Assembly: GCA_963806225.1 (NCBI GenBank)
Contig: CAWDXG010000004.1
Coordinates: forward strand, 1,024,001 to 1,088,000
Source of the DNA: an uncultured delta proteobacterium
GTDB lineage: Bacteria; Myxococcota_A; Polyangia; Polyangiales; Polyangiaceae
Length of the DNA: 64,000 nucleotides
Direction of reading: 5' to 3'
A program made the translations under genes and the position numbers. The notes under the pieces were generated by a model. That model was given only the letters and a program-made list of their open reading frames with translations, had not been told where the DNA came from and did no database searches. Of this stretch, positions 60,852-64,000 are shown piece by piece (the first letter of the stretch is position 1; every line of letters starts with the position of its first letter).

Positions 60852-61469
60852 TCAGAAGATCCGCTCGCGCACGTAGATCTGATCGCCGGCCTGCAACAGG
60901 ATGTCCGGCGAGCGGCCCCCGGTGATGGCATCGACGCTCACCATCACCGTCTTGGCGCCGTTCGACGTCTTGCGCGTCAGGTTGACCTTGTCCTTGTTGG
61001 CGATCGAATTGAAGCCGCCAGCCTGCGAGATCGCCTGGATCAGCGTCAAGCCCGAGGAGAACGGGAACGAGCCGGGCTTCTGCACCTGGCCGAGCACCGT
61101 GACGCGCTTGCTGTTGTACTCCTTGACCGAGACCACGACGCTCGGATCGGTCAGGATCTTCTGCTCCATCAGCTTCTTGCGCACGAGCGCCGCAATCTGC
61201 TGCGGCTCGAGGCCCGACACCTTCACGCGGTGGATGTAGGGCAGGTCGACCGTGCCGTCGGAGGCCACCTGGTACTCCTCGGGAAGGTCCTTCTCACCGA
61301 CGATCTCCAGGTGGAACACATCGCCCGCGCCGACCGAGGTGCTCTCGACGGGCGGCGGCAGGTTCAGGTGCGCGTTGCTCGAGGCCCCGCCGCAACCCAC
61401 CAGCGCGGCGGCCAGCACCAGGACCAGCAAGGCCCGGACGGCCACCGGAACGCCGCGAACGCAGTTCAT
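60852..61469 (-). CDS. Short OPX (Wza-like) polysaccharide export protein
   Basis: Lipobox LVGC; GAGD...V..DG.V.LPYI..V.V.G (Poly_export), one SLBB domain (VLGQVQKPG); ends RERIF with no outer-membrane helix. Confidence 0.88.
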   Translation of the reverse strand: MNCVRGVPVAVRALLVLVLAAALVGCGGASSNAHLNLPPPVESTSVGAGDVFHLEIVGEKDLPEEYQVASDGTVDLPYIHRVKVSGLEPQQIAALVRKKLMEQKILTDPSVVVSVKEYNSKRVTVLGQVQKPGSFPFSSGLTLIQAISQAGGFNSIANKDKVNLTRKTSNGAKTVMVSVDAITGGRSPDILLQAGDQIYVRERIF

Positions 61470-61549
61470 CGCTGTACTTGGATGCGCGGCGACCAGCACC
61501 GTTCACGCCGGTGTGCCACTACGCGCCAGCGACATGCCAGGCGCACGGC

Positions 61550-62932
61550 CTACATGAACCAGCGCGCGCCGAGGTAGGCCTCGAAGCGGCTGAACTTGAG
61601 GTTGTCGAAGTTGGTTATTGGCCGGACTCACCGGAATACGCGTTGTCGGTCAGGTTCGCGTTGTAGCGCAGCGTGGTGTTGATGCCGAAGCTGTCGCTCA
61701 GACGGTACTCGGCGAACAGCGGTCGCATCCACGCGGTTCTCGCTGAAGGCGCCGAACTGCCGTGCGCCGGTGGAGTAGTAGCTCTGCGGGTAGCGCAGGT
61801 GCGAGAAGCCGCCCTCCAGCTGACAGCAGCACCTGGCCGCCGATGAAGTACGAGAAGTTCAGGTAGCCGCGATCACGCGCCGTAGTAGTCGCCCAGATAG
61901 CTGTTGTGGAAGTCGCGGATGTAGCCGAGCGCGATCGACGACAGACCCACGGTGGCCTGGTCAGGCGAGAGGTTCGGCTTGGGCAGGAGGTACCACTTGA
62001 CCTCGGCCTGGGCGATCAGGCTGTCGTAGTTCTGCGGCGGATGGTTGTTGCGCGGGTCGTAGAAGCTCGCGCCCCAGCCCGCCATGGCCAGGAGCGCGAA
62101 GTGGTTGGTCACCAGACCGTTCAGGCCCAGCCGCGCGCGCACGGGCGTGCTGTTCGACTGCGTCGTCGGTGCCGGAGTAGTTGAGAAAGCCCAGCGAAGC
62201 GTCGTAGAGCAGCGCCGTCCGCGGCAGGAAGCGCCAGCGACCGCGCGTCTTCACGTAGTGCTGCGCGTTGTTGTACTCGCGGAAGATCTGCTTCTCGAAG
62301 TAGTTGTAGCGGAGCTCGTAGCCGAGGTGCCAGTCGAACAGGCCGCCACCGGGCCGCCACACGATGCCGCCGCCGAGCCTGAGCGAGTCGCGGTTGAACG
62401 CCGCGTTGGTGTCCGGGCTGTTCGACGCCTCGGCGATGCGCACGAAGTTCCCCATGAACTCCGCGCCCCAGGGCCGCTCGGGCAGCACGTCCAGGTTGAA
62501 ATCGGCGCCGGCGTCGATATGCGACTGGTCGCGGACCTGTTTCGAGTACTTGGAGTCCGTCGCGACCAGGTAGTTGAGGCCGGCGCTGACGCCGGCGCGG
62601 AAATTGACCGTCGGCGGCGCGGCCTGGGTCATGTCCAGCGAGCGACGCCGGGCGCCCAGCGTCGCCAGCGAGAACGACGGCGTCAGCCGGAAGCGCAGCG
62701 CCGAGATGACCGGCTCGTTGACCTGCGCGTCCACTTCGCCGGAGCGCTGGAAGTAGTTCGAGTCGTAGCCGACCTCGCCGGCCACGCCGGGGTGCAGCTC
62801 GAGATCCCCCGCACGGATACCGATACCCTCGCCGTAGCGACGATCTTGCAGCCACGGCTGCTGCTGGGCCGAGGCACTAAGCGAGGTTGTCGCGACGACC
62901 AGGGTCGCCCCGACCATGACACGGATCTTCAT
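61550..62932 (-). CDS. Outer-membrane beta-barrel associated with polysaccharide export, several frameshifts
   Basis: Signal peptide, LHPG...GYDSN motif, amphipathic strands continuing through shifts near 62150, 61880, 61820 and 61720 to GARWFM-stop. Confidence 0.72.
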
Positions 62933-63007
62933 GGGTGAGTCACACCTGCCCGATGCCCCCGGGCAGGAAGATGGGCGCTGGCTGCCGCACCAGCGCGATA
63001 CCGGTGG

Positions 63008-63586
63008 CTACATCGTAGGACTGCTGAGAACGGGAGGTTGGCTCACTATCGTATCGTTCGGGAACTCGGAGGGATCGGTATCGGGGATATTCGGATCGAT
63101 GTCGACGGTTACCCGCGACTCACCCACGAAACCCGTTTCCTCGCCGATGCACTGGTTGGCCTCGGCGACGAGAGTCTGCACTCGATCGTGCAGAACCTGG
63201 ATCACCACGTACTCGTGCTTGACGCGATCCTGATCCTTCTGCTGCGCTGCTATCTTGAGACTGCCAGCCCGATCGCGCGCCGAACGGATGGCAACGTCGA
63301 TCTGGTTGAGCTTGTCGTTCAGGCACAGCACCTTGACAACGTCGCGCGCGGCGCGGGCGTCCTCGAGCTGACGGCGCACGGAGGTTGCCCCCTGGTCCAT
63401 CTGGGGCAGGTCCTTGTCCGCCTCGGCCTGCATCTCCGGGACGGAGAGGTTCACATTCTGCTGCGTCGAGACTTCCGGCACTGCGGGACCGGCTGTTCCG
63501 GTCGTCTGCGCGGCTGCCACGCCGAACATGCCGAGCATCACCGCTGCTCCGGCGGCTACTGCCCAACTCTTTTTGCTCAAGCGCAT
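63008..63586 (-). CDS. Secreted helical hypothetical protein
   Basis: GGAGG RBS, signal peptide, helical core with two Cys (VLCLND, NQCIG). Confidence 0.75.
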   Translation of the reverse strand: MRLSKKSWAVAAGAAVMLGMFGVAAAQTTGTAGPAVPEVSTQQNVNLSVPEMQAEADKDLPQMDQGATSVRRQLEDARAARDVVKVLCLNDKLNQIDVAIRSARDRAGSLKIAAQQKDQDRVKHEYVVIQVLHDRVQTLVAEANQCIGEETGFVGESRVTVDIDPNIPDTDPSEFPNDTIVSQPPVLSSPTM

Positions 63587-63623
63587 CGCGTTAAGCCTCC
63601 CTCTGCTGACGTGACTTCCGGGG

Positions 63624-63653
63624 AGTATAGGAACCACTCTCCGGGATTGTCAA
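63624..63653 (-). promoter_or_regulatory. Sigma70-type promoter
   Basis: Minus strand TTGACA (63653-48), 18 bp, TATACT (63629-24). Confidence 0.7.
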
Positions 63654-63811
63654 CGCAAGCAGACATGGTGAAAATCCAGCTCATTCCAGCATTTCGAACG
63701 GCTGCCCAGCCGGCGGGACCGCATAGGGCAGCGGCCGGGCGAGACCCGGGCCGCATCCGGAATAGGTGCGGCAGAGCAGCCCGTTGTTCATCAGGCCGGC
63801 TGGCCTGACCG

Positions 63812-64000
63812 TCACTGGTGGACGAACGTCACGGGCACGTTGACCACGGCGCTCCCGCCCTCGGGCGGTGCGAACTGCGCTGCGGAGGCGCGGGCGCGGA
63901 CGCAGCCGACGACCGAGCCCGGCAGATTGCCGCTCGGCGACGCGCTCACGCCCTGCACCTCGCCACCCGGCCCGACCCGGATCGTCAGGTGGATGCTGCC
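63812..64000 (-). CDS. C-terminus of an AgmX/PglI-like (TonB C-terminal-like) domain protein, partial
   Basis: GSIHLTIRVGPGGEVQGV...VVGCV...QFAPPEGGSAVVNVPVTF-stop; not in the ORF track. Confidence 0.75.
   Translation of the reverse strand, partial: GSIHLTIRVGPGGEVQGVSASPSGNLPGSVVGCVRARASAAQFAPPEGGSAVVNVPVTFVHQ

Overview
A GC-rich chromosomal backbone segment, most likely from a Myxococcota (Polyangiaceae-like) bacterium. That assignment is an inference from the paired ExbD/TolR genes, the AgmX/PglI-like C-terminal domain, the Gly/Cys-rich lipoproteins and a short OPX gene next to a beta-barrel gene. Most of the window is housekeeping and envelope genes: mreBCD-mrdA-rodA, lgt, pepP, rluB, lepA, an M16 peptidase pair, a phosphomannomutase, a biotin carboxylase, rlmN, mazG, cysK, ygfZ, asnS, a MoxR ATPase, rluD and maf. 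I found no rRNA, tRNA or CRISPR array. Items that stand out: (1) an internally deleted group II intron (39944-40970, minus strand) whose EBS1 loop exactly matches a purine-rich GGAAGGCG tandem motif at its insertion site; (2) two intact ORFs that look like pseudo-enzymes, a membrane-pyrophosphatase homolog missing most catalytic Lys/Asp residues and a class II glutamine amidotransferase with Ala in place of Cys2; (3) a minimal cluster of one ACP and two ketosynthase/chain-length-factor-like didomain genes with no reductase or dehydratase; (4) a C2-like + PDZ lipoprotein; (5) an orphan OPX/beta-barrel export operon led by an unknown secreted protein; (6) an RHH gene with a sigma70 promoter carrying a palindrome in its spacer. 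Beyond about 37 kb many genes carry single-base frameshifts. These are probably sequencing or assembly errors and they create false fusions in the ORF track. All family calls come from motif recognition by eye; no database searches were run.
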